Positions 53,865 to 63,913 of a DNA stretch of 64,000 nucleotides are shown one piece after another. The position numbers and the translations under genes were made by a program. Location of the stretch: positions 1,601 to 65,600 of the forward strand of contig CAWCXM010000012.1 of NCBI GenBank assembly GCA_963799505.1. Direction: 5' to 3'. Source of the DNA: an uncultured Alphaproteobacteria bacterium. GTDB lineage: Bacteria; Pseudomonadota; Alphaproteobacteria; Rhodobacterales; Rhodobacteraceae. Every line of letters begins with the position of its first letter. The first letter of the stretch is position 1. The notes under the pieces were generated by a model. It saw only the letters and a list, made by a program, of their open reading frames with translations, did not search any database and was not told the DNA's origin.

Positions 53865-55463
53865 CTAGCCATAGATGCGCAGCATGTCGTTCAGATCATC
53901 CAGCGTGTTGGCCTCGGCCAGCGGTTTGTCCTTGCGCCAGCGCTTCATGCGGGGAAAGCGCAGGGCGACACCGGACTTATGGCGGCTGGAGGCCTGAATG
54001 CCCTCGAAGGCGATTTCGAACACATGATGCGGCGTGACCTGCCGCACGGGGCCAAAGCGTTGCAGGGTGTTCTTCTTGACCCAGGCCGTGATCTCGCGGA
54101 ATTCCTTGTCGGTCAGACCGGAATAGGCCTTGGTGAAAGGGACCAGATCGTCGCCATTTCGCACGGCAAATGTGAAATCCGTAAACAGGTTGGCCCGGCG
54201 TCCCGATCCGGATTGCGCATAGATCATCACGGCGTCGATGGTCAGCGGGTCCAGCTTCCATTTCCACCAATCGCCCTTCTTGCGCCCCGCAAGATAGGGG
54301 CTGTCGGCGCGTTTCAGCATGAGCCCTTCGGCGTTTTCGTCGCGGGCGACGGCCCGGAGATCGGCCAGATCGTCCCAGGTCTGGAATGCGTGCTGAGGCG
54401 AGAGCTTCACCGGCGCATCCTCCGGCAGCTCGGCGCAGGCAGCCTCGAGCAAGGCGCGGCGTTCCGCGAAAGGTCTCTGGCGGATGTCGTCGCCCTGCCA
54501 TTCCAGCAGGTCATAGGCATGAAGCACGACGGGTGCCTCGGCCAGCAGCTTTTTCGGGACGGTCTTGCGCCCGATCCGGGCCTGCAGGGCGTTGAAGGAG
54601 GCTGGCCCGTCCGCGCGGGGGTGCCAGACCAGCACTTCGCCATCCAGCACCGTGCCGGTGGGCAGGTGATCAATCGCGCGGGCCAGTTCGGGGAAACGGT
54701 CGGTCATCAACTCCTCCCCACGGGACCAGACAAAGTAGTTGCCGTCGCGCAGAATGAGTTGGCCGCGGATACCATCCCACTTCCACTCCGCCCTCCAATG
54801 CGCTGGATCATCAAGACTTTCCGGCCCATCTTCAAGCGCGTAGGCAAGATAGAAGGGATAGGGGCGCGATGCGTCGGCACTGGCGTCTTCGGCTTCGATC
54901 AGCCCGTGCCAAGTGTCCGTATCGGGGTGCCAGTTGCCCATCAGGCGGTGCGCCAGTTCCGGCTCCGGCTTGCCCGTGGCCTGCGCCAGCGCGCGGGTCA
55001 TCAGCTTTTGGCTGATGCCGACACGGAAACCGCCGGTGATCAGTTTGTTGAACAGGAACCGCTCGGCCCCGCCCAACCGCTGCCATGCATCCAGAACAAA
55101 AGCCTTGCGCTCGGGTTCCTCCTGCGCTGCCAATGCCCGCAGATCGGTGATCCACTGCGACAGCGAGCGGTTGTCTGTTGTCGTATTGGGGGGCAGCACC
55201 AGCGCGATGGTTTCGGCCAGATCACCAACGATGGCATAGCTGTCTTCGAACAGCCACAGCGGCACCTCCGCCACCTCCGCCGCCCATTCGCGCAGGCGCG
55301 TGGTGGTGACGGCGCGTTTGGGTCGGCGGCCCGAAAACAGGGCGACCGTCCAGATCTTGTCGGCCTCGTCCGCATGGGTGAAATAGTCGGCCAAAGCCGC
55401 GACCTTGACGGTTGTCTTTGTGCTTTGGTCGATGGTGTTGAAGAGCGCGGCAAAGCGGTTCAT
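53865..55463 (-). CDS. ATP-dependent DNA ligase (ligase-associated / cisplatin damage-response type)
   Basis: The adenylation motif EWKWDGIRGQ (KxDG) is present. The protein is 532 aa and overlaps the upstream exonuclease gene by 4 nt. Confidence 0.9.
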   Translation of the reverse strand: MNRFAALFNTIDQSTKTTVKVAALADYFTHADEADKIWTVALFSGRRPKRAVTTTRLREWAAEVAEVPLWLFEDSYAIVGDLAETIALVLPPNTTTDNRSLSQWITDLRALAAQEEPERKAFVLDAWQRLGGAERFLFNKLITGGFRVGISQKLMTRALAQATGKPEPELAHRLMGNWHPDTDTWHGLIEAEDASADASRPYPFYLAYALEDGPESLDDPAHWRAEWKWDGIRGQLILRDGNYFVWSRGEELMTDRFPELARAIDHLPTGTVLDGEVLVWHPRADGPASFNALQARIGRKTVPKKLLAEAPVVLHAYDLLEWQGDDIRQRPFAERRALLEAACAELPEDAPVKLSPQHAFQTWDDLADLRAVARDENAEGLMLKRADSPYLAGRKKGDWWKWKLDPLTIDAVMIYAQSGSGRRANLFTDFTFAVRNGDDLVPFTKAYSGLTDKEFREITAWVKKNTLQRFGPVRQVTPHHVFEIAFEGIQASSRHKSGVALRFPRMKRWRKDKPLAEANTLDDLNDMLRIYG

Positions 55464-56473
55464 GCGTCCTCTCCCTTGTCCAGCGTTTCCCCTTCGAACT
55501 GCGTCGGGACCACCTGCGCCTGCCACCCGTTTTCGTTAAGGTATCGCGTGAATATATCCGTGTAACCATGTGTAACGTATATATTTTCCGCCTCTGTTTG
55601 TTTGATTGCCCAAAGCAGCCCGGACCAATCTGCATGATCCGATATCACGAAGCCCCGGTCACCCGCGCGACGCCTGCGGATGCCGCGCAGAGCCATCCAG
55701 CCAGAGGCAAAGCCGCTTTCCTGCGCACCGAATTTGCGCGCCCAGGCACTGCCCAATGCGGACGGCGGCGCAATCACGATCGCACCGGGATGATCCTTGG
55801 GGTTCAGATCACCGTCGGCCAGAACGGTGTCAGGCAGGGCAAACCCCTGTGCGCGCAACACACGATTGGTGTTTTCGACCGCCGTATGGGTCAGGATCGG
55901 GCCGATGCCGGGGTCAAGCATCTTGATCAACCGCTGCGCCTTGCCCAAGGCGTAGGCCCCCAGAAACGCGGTTTTCCCCGCCGCCTTGCAGTCCGCCCAC
56001 CAGCGGTTCAGGTCGGCCGCCACCGAGGTTTGATCCTGCCAGCGAAAGACCGGCAGACCAAAGGTGCTTTCGGTGATGAAATGGTGACAGCGGATCGGCT
56101 CGAAGGGTGTGGACAGGCCGTCGTCGATGACCTTGTAGTCACCCGATGCCACCCAGATTTCGCCGTCTACCGCGACGCGGATCTGCGCCGATCCGGGGAC
56201 GTGGCCCGCCGGATGAAAGGACACCTCCGCATCACCGATGCGGCGAACTTCCCCATACCCGATGCCCTCGGCCGTGATGTCGCCCAGACGGTGGCGCATC
56301 ACAGGCAGGGCATCATGGGTCGCCAGATAGCGGCCCATGCCCCAGCGGGCATGATCCGCGTGGCCGTGGGTGATCAGCGCACGGTCTACGGGACGCCAGG
56401 GATCAATGTAGAAATCCCCCGCAGCGCAGTAGATGCCGTTTTCAGTGAAGGTAAGGACGGGTGCGCGTGTCAT
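55460..56473 (-). CDS. Ligase-associated DNA damage response exonuclease (metallo-beta-lactamase / beta-CASP fold)
   Basis: The motif ITHGHADH is present, and the gene is operonic with the ligase. Confidence 0.85.
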   Translation of the reverse strand: MTRAPVLTFTENGIYCAAGDFYIDPWRPVDRALITHGHADHARWGMGRYLATHDALPVMRHRLGDITAEGIGYGEVRRIGDAEVSFHPAGHVPGSAQIRVAVDGEIWVASGDYKVIDDGLSTPFEPIRCHHFITESTFGLPVFRWQDQTSVAADLNRWWADCKAAGKTAFLGAYALGKAQRLIKMLDPGIGPILTHTAVENTNRVLRAQGFALPDTVLADGDLNPKDHPGAIVIAPPSALGSAWARKFGAQESGFASGWMALRGIRRRRAGDRGFVISDHADWSGLLWAIKQTEAENIYVTHGYTDIFTRYLNENGWQAQVVPTQFEGETLDKGEDA

Positions 56474-56523
56474 GCAGCAGACCTAAGCCGACAGATCCGT
56501 TTGCAAAGCCTGAACCGCAAGGA

Positions 56524-57471
56524 TTACGCCGTTGGTGTGCCCAGAAACAGCTTTTGTATCGCATCGAGCACCGGCTTGCGGAGATTGTCCGTCTCCATCA
56601 GGATCTCATGCTCGGCACCATCCACCGGGACAAGACGACCGGCCGGCCAACTGTCCATCCGCGTGTGGATCGGCGGCAGCGCCACGATGCGCTCATTGCT
56701 GCCCAGAAAGGTGATCGCAGGCAGATTCGGGGCGGAGCGTTGGGCAAGGTGCATGGTTTCGGCCAGGGCCTCGCGCAGCCAGATATAGCTGGGACCGCCC
56801 AGGGAGAGATCGGGGTGTGCGTTCAACTGATCGCGCATCATGTCATACATCTGCGCATCAGTGGTCAGCATGTTGTCCTCGAAGGGCGCGGTGAGGACAT
56901 AGGGCATCTGCGTCGTGCCCGGCGGCAACAGGTGGCCCTTGCCGAAGTGCGGCATCATGCTGGACAGGAACGTCGCGAAGGGGCGCAGATGCGGCTTCAT
57001 GTAGATGCCCCACATCGGCCCGGTGAAGGCGGCGGCCTGCACCGCCAGTCCTTCCATGATCGCACGCAGACCGATGCATCCGCCCATGGAATGGGCCAGC
57101 AGGAAATAGGGCCGCGGCAGGCTCAGCGCCCGCGCGGCCCGCATCATCGCTGCCACGTCCTTTTGATAGTCGCTGAAGGCGTCCACATGGCCGATCAACT
57201 CGTCCGTGATCAGCCTGTCGGCCAAACCCTGGCCGCGCCAGTCGATCGCCATTGTCGCCAGACCGCGTTCCGCCAGTTCGGCGGCGGTGGAGCCGTATTT
57301 TTCGATGTATTCAGTCCGTCCGGGAAACAGCAGCACCGTCCCCCTGGCTCCCGCAAGGGGCCAATGCCCGACCCTGATCCGCTTGCCGTCCGACGTGACG
57401 GCCCAATGCGCAACCCCGCCGTCAGGGCCGGGATGCACATCTGTAAACAGGGGGGCCGGGCTAAGGTCCAT
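56524..57471 (-). CDS. Alpha/beta hydrolase (lysophospholipase-like)
   Basis: The nucleophile elbow AHSMGG and the segment LLFPGRTEYIEKY are present. Confidence 0.8.
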   Translation of the reverse strand: MDLSPAPLFTDVHPGPDGGVAHWAVTSDGKRIRVGHWPLAGARGTVLLFPGRTEYIEKYGSTAAELAERGLATMAIDWRGQGLADRLITDELIGHVDAFSDYQKDVAAMMRAARALSLPRPYFLLAHSMGGCIGLRAIMEGLAVQAAAFTGPMWGIYMKPHLRPFATFLSSMMPHFGKGHLLPPGTTQMPYVLTAPFEDNMLTTDAQMYDMMRDQLNAHPDLSLGGPSYIWLREALAETMHLAQRSAPNLPAITFLGSNERIVALPPIHTRMDSWPAGRLVPVDGAEHEILMETDNLRKPVLDAIQKLFLGTPTA

Positions 57472-57761
57472 CAGGCAAGGACAGCCGCCAGCTTCATCGC
57501 CATGCCCATGTCGCCATCAACCTTGAGCTTGCCGGTCATGAAGGCAGAGGTCGGGTTCGTCTCACCGTCCAGGATTTCCTTGAAGGTATCGGCATCCGCA
57601 CTCAGCGTCACATCCGCCGGTTCGTCCGCCGCGCGCGCGCCGTCACTGTCCATCATCACGCAGCCTTCGCCCTCGATGTCGAACTTCGCCGTGCCGTCAA
57701 AGTTCGCCCCGGCCAGTTTTTCGTTCAGTACAACAACCGCTTCGTTCACAATATCGCTCAT
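57471..57761 (-). CDS. SCP2 sterol-binding domain protein
   Basis: The C-terminus AFMTGKLKVDGDMGMAMKL is typical of SCP-2. Confidence 0.8.
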   Translation of the reverse strand: MSDIVNEAVVVLNEKLAGANFDGTAKFDIEGEGCVMMDSDGARAADEPADVTLSADADTFKEILDGETNPTSAFMTGKLKVDGDMGMAMKLAAVLA

Positions 57762-57836
57762 CTCGTGCCCTTTTTGGCAAAATGGCTCCGGTCACGTCTG
57801 GATTTGTGGCGGCAGCCTGTTACATTCAGTCTTGTT

Positions 57837-58394
57837 ATGCGCATCTTACCCGTCAACCTCAAACGTCACCTTGCGGCACTTGTGCTGCCAGTGTTGCTGT
57901 GTGGCCCGGTTTCGGCCGAACCTGCACCACCCGAACTCCTTGAAAAGCTGCAGTCGGCGACCGAACAGGAAGCCGCGCGCGTGGTGAAGGAGATCGAACT
58001 GGAGTGGTCGAAATCCGGTTCCGCCGCGATGGATCTTCTGCTCCGGCGCGGGCGCGACGCGATGAAAGACGGCGAATTCGCGCTGGCGATCGACCATCTG
58101 ACAGCACTCACCGATCACGCACCACGCTTTGCCGAAGGCTATCATGCAAGGGCGGAAGCGTATTTCCGGGCTGAGCTCTATGGCCCCGCGCTTGACGATC
58201 TGGAAACCACGCTGGCGCTTGACCCGACACATTTCGACGCGATCTTCGGCCTTGCCGTGCTGTTTCAGGAATTCGGCGACCTCAGGAAAGCCGCCGATCT
58301 CTACCGCCGTGTGCTGGCGCTTCACCCAACCCATGAAAATGCATCGCAGGCGCTGACCCGGCTGCGGCGCGACGGCATTGGCCGCGAACTCTGA
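57837..58394 (+). CDS. Secreted tetratricopeptide-repeat protein
   Basis: A signal peptide and TPR-like helices are present (YHARAEAYFRAELYGPALDDLETTLALDPTH...). Confidence 0.7.
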   Translation: MRILPVNLKRHLAALVLPVLLCGPVSAEPAPPELLEKLQSATEQEAARVVKEIELEWSKSGSAAMDLLLRRGRDAMKDGEFALAIDHLTALTDHAPRFAEGYHARAEAYFRAELYGPALDDLETTLALDPTHFDAIFGLAVLFQEFGDLRKAADLYRRVLALHPTHENASQALTRLRRDGIGREL

Positions 58395-58406
58395 TCGGGG
58401 ACCACA

Positions 58407-61387
58407 GTGTCGCAACAGCGCAGGGTCGTGGCCGTCTTGGGCCCGACCAATACGGGCAAGACCACCTATGCCATAGACAGGATGCTGGCGCATCGCACCG
58501 GTGTCATCGGTCTGCCGCTGCGGCTTTTGGCGCGCGAGGTCTATGACCGGATCGTAGCACTTCGCGGGCCGTCGGTGGTGGCGCTTGTCACGGGCGAGGA
58601 ACGCATCGTGCCGCCGCGCACGCAATACTGGGTCTGCACGGTCGAGGCGATGCCCGAAGGCATGGGGGCTGATTTCGTCGCGGTCGACGAAATCCAGCTG
58701 TGCTGCGATCCAGAGCGCGGTCATGTCTTTACCGACCGGTTGCTGCGCGCGCGGGGCCTGCACGAAACCAATTTTCTGGGCTCGGACACCATGCGCGGCA
58801 CCATCGCGGCACTGGTGCCGGGGGTGGAGTTCATCCACCGCGAGCGCATGTCCGAATTGATCTATTCAGGTCAGAAAAAGATAAGCAGAATGCGGCCGCG
58901 CAGTGCAATAGTCGGGTTTTCGGTTGAGAATGTATATGCCATCGCAGAGCTGATCCGCCGTCAGAAGGGCGGCGCGGCGGTTGTGATGGGTGCGCTTTCG
59001 CCCCGCACACGCAATGCGCAGGTGGATATGTACCAGAATGGCGAGGTCGATTTCCTGGTGGCAACGGACGCCATCGGGATGGGCCTGAACCTTGACGTGG
59101 ACCATGTCGCGTTTTCGGCGCTCAGCAAATTCGACGGGCGGCGGATGCGGCCCTTGGCCCCGAACGAGCTGGCCCAGATTGCGGGCCGCGCGGGGCGCGG
59201 GTTCAAGAGCGGGACGTTCGGCACCACGGGCGATGCGCCGGCGCTCGATGACGGTGTGGCACGGGCGATCATGGACCACAGCTTTACCCCGCAGCACAAG
59301 GTCAACTGGCGCAACCACGCGCTGCAATTCGGCTCCATCGACCGGCTGATCGCCACGCTGGAAGAGAAACCGGACAACGACAGACTGGTGCGCGCCCGCG
59401 AGGCGGATGATCTGCGGGCCCTCAAGGCTCTGGGGCAGGTGGACGAGGTGTTTGCCCGCTGCACGGATGGTCCATCGGTGAAACTGTTATGGGATGTCTG
59501 CCGGATCCCCGATTTTCGCGGGATCAGCCACGCCGAGCATGCCAGCCTTTTGGAAAGCATTTTCAATGACCTGCACCAGCGCGGCACGATTCCCGACGAC
59601 TGGCTTGCGCGACAAATCAAGCGCATTGATCGAACCGATGGCGACATTGATGCGTTGTCGAAGCGATTGGCGTTTATCCGCACCTGGACCTATGTCGCGC
59701 AGCGCAAGGGTTGGACGAGGGACGAAAGCCATTGGCGCGGGGCGACCCGTGTCGTAGAAGACAGACTGTCGGACGCATTGCACGAGCGTCTGACCCAAAG
59801 ATTTGTAGACCGGCGCACATCCGTGCTTTTGCGCCGGCTAGGACAGAAGGAAGCTATGGTGGCCGAAGTTAACGAGACCGGAGAGGTCACAGTCGAAGGC
59901 GAGTTTGTGGGAAAGCTGGATGGTTTCCGCTTCCGTGCCGACAAGGGTGCGGGTGGGGCGGAGGAAAAGACCATCAAGTCCGCCGCGATGCAGGCGCTTG
60001 CCCCTCAATTTCACCTTCGGGCCGACCGTTTCTATAACGCTCCTGACACCGAGATTGATTTCACGGAGCAGGGGGGCCTCATGTGGGGCGCGTCTGCCGT
60101 GGGCAAGCTGGTCGCCGGAACCGACGGGCTGAAGCCTCAGGTGCAGGTTTTCGTTGACGATGTCGCCGGGCCGGAAGTTGCCCAGAAAGTCGAACGCCGG
60201 TTGCAGCACTTCATCGACCGCAAGGTCGCCGCCCTGTTCGAGCCGCTGATCGCGCTGTCCAAGGACGAGGCGCTCACGGGTCTGGCCCGGGGGTTTGCGT
60301 TCCAGCTGGTCGAGAACTTTGGCATCCTGCCCCGTTCCGCCGTGGCCGAGGACGTCAAGGCGTTGGATCAGGACGCCCGAGGTGCATTGCGCAAGCATGG
60401 CATCCGTTTTGGTCAATTCACCATTTTCATGCCGTTGCTTGTTGAAACCAGCACCGACGCGCCTGCGGCTTGTTCTGTGGTCGCTGACCAAGGGATTGTC
60501 CGAATTTCCCGAATCGCCGCCCTCCCGGTCTGGTGACGATCCCGGTCGAAGCTGGCGCTCCCGAGGGTGCCGACACCATGGCGGGCTACCGCAACGCGGG
60601 CAGTCGCGCGATCCGCATCGACATGCTGGAACGCCTCGCGGACATGCTGCGCGGCGAGGATTCGCGGGCCGGGTTCGAGGCCAAGGCCGATATGCTGTCG
60701 ATCACGGGCATGACGCTGGATCAATTCGCCGATCTGATGGGCGGGCTGGGCTACAAGGCCGAAAAAGGCGAGCGCGCCAAGGTCAAGGCGGTCGATACGG
60801 TCACGCCGAAGGACGGCAGCCACAAGATGATGGGGGCCGAGGCCGATACAACCGTTCCGGAAGAGATCGTCGGTGACATCGCGGCGGACGATGCGCCCGA
60901 CAAACCCGTAATGGACGTGGCGGCAGAACAGCCAGCCGGTGGCATCATCGAGGGTGCGCAAACGCCACCCCCTGCGGACACGCCCGCAGATGTTGCTGCA
61001 ATGCCCGCTGATGGCATCGCACCTGTTGCGTCAGAAACGCCGGAAACGCCTGAAGTCTCCGACCACATCCCCGATACCGTGGCCGAGGAAACCGCGATCG
61101 GTACGGCCCCCGACGCCGAGATCGCAGGGGCAGAGATGGAGGCGTTCTACACCTTCACCTGGGGCCGCGCCCCGCGCGGCGCTGCAGGACCGCGCCGCGA
61201 TGCTGGCGAGAAGCCGCGCGGCAAGGGCAAGGGCAAACCGCCCGCGAAGGGCCGCAAGGGACCGCCTCGGGGCGAGGCCGCCGGCAAATCGCAAAACTTC
61301 TCGGCCCGTCCACCAAAGAAGGAAAAGGCGATCGACCCGGACAATCCTTTTGCCGCGGCCCTGATGGGTCTGAAGGACAACAAGTAA
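58407..61387 (+). pseudogene. Suv3-like ATP-dependent helicase-related protein (about 992 aa), interrupted by two 1-nt insertions
   Basis: Walker A GPTNTGKT and the motif AVDEIQ are present. The reading passes from frame 0 (to FMPLL, 60440) to frame 1 (LKPAPTRLRLVLWSLTKGLSEFPESPP, 60442-60522) and then to frame 2 (PGLVTIPVEAGAPEG..., from 60524). The extra bases are apparently g60441 and t60523. Confidence 0.8.
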
Positions 61388-61774
61388 TTGACCGAACCGT
61401 CCGAAAAACTGCGCGTGGACAAATGGTTGTGGCACGCGCGGTTCTTCAAGACACGGTCGCTGGCCGCAGCCCGGATCAAGACCGGATCGGTGCGGATCAA
61501 CGGCACGATTACCCACAAGACATCGAGCGTTGTGCACCCGAGCGACGTGCTGACTTTTGCGCAGGGCGATCATATTCGCGTGATACAGGTCGATGTTCTG
61601 GGCGAACGGCGCGGTCCGGCGTCCGAAGCGCAGACGCTTTACACCGATCTGTCCCCGCCACAGCCGAAATCGCAGGACGATCAACCGCATAATCCCGGTT
61701 TTGACGGGAAAGGACGCCCCAGCAAGAAGGATCGTCGGACCCTCGATCTTTCTAAGGCCCGGCACCTTGAATGA
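61388..61774 (+). CDS. RNA-binding S4-domain protein (Hsp15-like)
   Basis: LRVDKWLWHARFFKTRSLAAARIKTG is an S4 motif. The start is TTG in the ORF track. Confidence 0.75.
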   Translation: MTEPSEKLRVDKWLWHARFFKTRSLAAARIKTGSVRINGTITHKTSSVVHPSDVLTFAQGDHIRVIQVDVLGERRGPASEAQTLYTDLSPPQPKSQDDQPHNPGFDGKGRPSKKDRRTLDLSKARHLE

Positions 61775-61825
61775 TCCTGCCCCCTGATTTAGGCACATCT
61801 CATGCCAACCTGACAGAGACCCTCC

Positions 61826-62164
61826 ATGACCTATATCGTGAACGACAGCTGCATCGCCTGCAAATACACCGACTGCGTCGAGGTCTGCCCTGTCGACTGC
61901 TTTTACGAGGGTGAGAACATGCTGGTCATTCACCCCGATGAATGTATCGACTGCGGTGTGTGCGAACCCGAATGTCCGGCGGACGCGATCCGCCCGGATA
62001 CGGAGCCGGACATGGAAAAATGGGTGGAGTTCAACCGCAAGTATTCAGAGCTTTGGCCGGTCATCATCACCAAGAAAGACCCGCTGCCCGATGCCGAGGA
62101 ACGCGACGGCGAAGAGGGCAAGCTGGAGAAGTATTTCTCCGAAGCACCGGGCGAGGGCGGCTGA
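61826..62164 (+). CDS. fdxA: 7Fe ferredoxin FdxA
   Basis: [21 protein letters not shown]...[12 protein letters not shown] is present. The protein is 112 aa. Confidence 0.9.
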   Translation: MTYIVNDSCIACKYTDCVEVCPVDCFYEGENMLVIHPDECIDCGVCEPECPADAIRPDTEPDMEKWVEFNRKYSELWPVIITKKDPLPDAEERDGEEGKLEKYFSEAPGEGG

Positions 62165-62479
62165 TTCGGCCCGACCTGTCGCAGGGCAGCTTCAGACCAC
62201 GGCAAAAACGCTTGTTTCAAAGGGAAACAGGCAATTTCAGCGCATTCCGCGCCGTTCTTTCGTCGGCCTTGATTTTGTGATATACTGATCTTCATGAAAA
62301 CGAGATTGGTCTTTCCGAGACGTGTGATCGTACAACCAAGCTGCCACAGGTTGACCTGACACTTTGATCCAAACGCATCCCGAACCGCACTTTACGGTGC
62401 TGTAGGCTTGCGTTTCTCTGTGTCCACACGCCAAGACCGGACCCACCTGCGGGGATGCCCGCGCCATAGGAGCCAGTAC

Positions 62480-62992
62480 ATGAGTAAGTCTAAAAAGCTT
62501 GATTTCCGCCCCAACGAATTCGTCGTCTATCCTGCCCACGGCGTCGGACAGATCGTGTCCGTCGAAGAGCAGGAAGTGGCGGGCATCAAGCTGGAACTCT
62601 TCGTGATTTCCTTCGAGAAGGACAAGATGACCCTGCGCGTGCCCACGCACAAGGCGACCGAGATCGGGATGCGGGCGCTGTCCAGCCCCGATGTGATCAG
62701 CCACGCGATGAAGACGCTCAAGGGCAAGGCCAAGGTCAAGCGGGCCATGTGGTCGCGCCGGGCGCAGGAGTACGAGCAGAAGATCAACTCCGGCGATCTG
62801 ATCGCCATCGCGGAGGTCGTGCGTGATCTGCACCGCACCGACGATCAGCGCGAGCAAAGCTATTCCGAGCGTCAGCTCTATGAAGCGGCACTGGAGCGGT
62901 TGACCCGCGAAGTGGCTGCTGTTGGCGGGGGCGACGAGGGTGCCGCCTCCAAGCAGATCGGCGATGTCCTGGAAAGCCGCATCGCGGCCTGA
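62480..62992 (+). CDS. carD: CarD-family transcriptional regulator
   Basis: It matches with FVVYPAHGVGQIVSVEE...KDKMTLRVP...WSRRAQEYEQKINSGD. Confidence 0.9.
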   Translation: MSKSKKLDFRPNEFVVYPAHGVGQIVSVEEQEVAGIKLELFVISFEKDKMTLRVPTHKATEIGMRALSSPDVISHAMKTLKGKAKVKRAMWSRRAQEYEQKINSGDLIAIAEVVRDLHRTDDQREQSYSERQLYEAALERLTREVAAVGGGDEGAASKQIGDVLESRIAA

Positions 62993-63017
62993 TTGGCGCA
63001 GAAGTGAGGATCCAAGG

Positions 63018-63045
63018 CGCCGCTTCCGAAAGGAGGCGGCGTTTT
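63018..63045. terminator. Hairpin terminator between the convergent carD and cobS genes
   Basis: The 10-bp stem cgccgcttcc/ggaggcggcg (one G-U pair) has a GAAA loop and is followed by TTTT (63042-63045). Confidence 0.65.
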
Positions 63046-63049
63046 CCGT

Positions 63050-63838
63050 TCAGGCGAGCGTGGCGACGCAGAGGAGCAGAAGTGCGGTTTCGGTGATCTG
63101 CTGCGTGGCCCCCAGGACATCGCCGGTCTGACCGCCGATCTTTGCCTTGGCCACCGCCGCACAGCCCGCAGCGGTCAACAGCGCGATCAGCGCAGCGCCC
63201 AACACAGGCGCAGGCAAGACGAAGAACAGCGCCATGAGAGAGAGCCCCAGCGCCCCACCAAGCGCTGCCGCTGGCGGCCTCCCGGTCTGGCGCGAGAGAC
63301 CGCCCGCGCGGACCGCAGGCAGCGCATACATCACCCCAACCATCATACCGCGCGACATCACTGCCACCCCGACAAGTGCCGCGGCCGCCGTATTGGCGTC
63401 AAACAGCGCCACCATTGCGATGACGCGCAGCCCCAGCGACAGGATCAGTGCGATGACACCATAGGTGCCGATCTGGCTGTCCTTCATGATCTCGAGCCTG
63501 CGCGCGGCGTCCCAGCCGCCCCAGAACCCGTCGGCACAATCGGCCAGCCCGTCCTCGTGCATCGCGCCGGTCACCACCGTTCCGGCCAGAAGTGCGAGCA
63601 GGGCCGCCGCAACGGTCGGCAGGGTGAGGGCCACCGCCGCCCAGCCGACACCTGCCATCAGCCCGCCGGTGAAGACACCGACCAGCGGATAGGCCCAGGC
63701 GGCGTGGGCCGGAGGACGCGGATCGCCGGGGGAAAACGTCAGGAATGGCAGAGGCAGGCGCGTCAGCAAGGCGAACGCCAGTGCCACGTCGCGCAGCGCG
63801 GGGCGGAAAGCGGGCAGAGCGATGTCGTTTCCGTTCAT
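63050..63838 (-). CDS. cobS: Adenosylcobinamide-GDP ribazoletransferase (cobalamin synthase)
   Basis: LTRLPLP...MHEDGLADCADGFWGG...KDSQIGTYGV is present in a multi-TM protein. The ATG is cat at 63836-63838. Confidence 0.9.
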   Translation of the reverse strand: MNGNDIALPAFRPALRDVALAFALLTRLPLPFLTFSPGDPRPPAHAAWAYPLVGVFTGGLMAGVGWAAVALTLPTVAAALLALLAGTVVTGAMHEDGLADCADGFWGGWDAARRLEIMKDSQIGTYGVIALILSLGLRVIAMVALFDANTAAAALVGVAVMSRGMMVGVMYALPAVRAGGLSRQTGRPPAAALGGALGLSLMALFFVLPAPVLGAALIALLTAAGCAAVAKAKIGGQTGDVLGATQQITETALLLLCVATLA

Positions 63839-63913
63839 GTTTATGCCTTTCGGCCCCTTCCTGTGCCCGGTTGCAATGGATAGACAGAACCCGAAACACA
63901 AGCCAGACCGAGC

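Noticed and set aside
53979-55565. A 528-aa plus-strand ORF antisense to the ATP-dependent ligase. Similar long antisense ORFs occur at 2169-3629, 12579-13793, 27444-29024, 39600-40925 and 57846-58838.
   Set aside because: All of them overlap genes with clear family signatures on the other strand and show the Arg/Gly/Pro/His-rich composition of GC-driven spurious ORFs.
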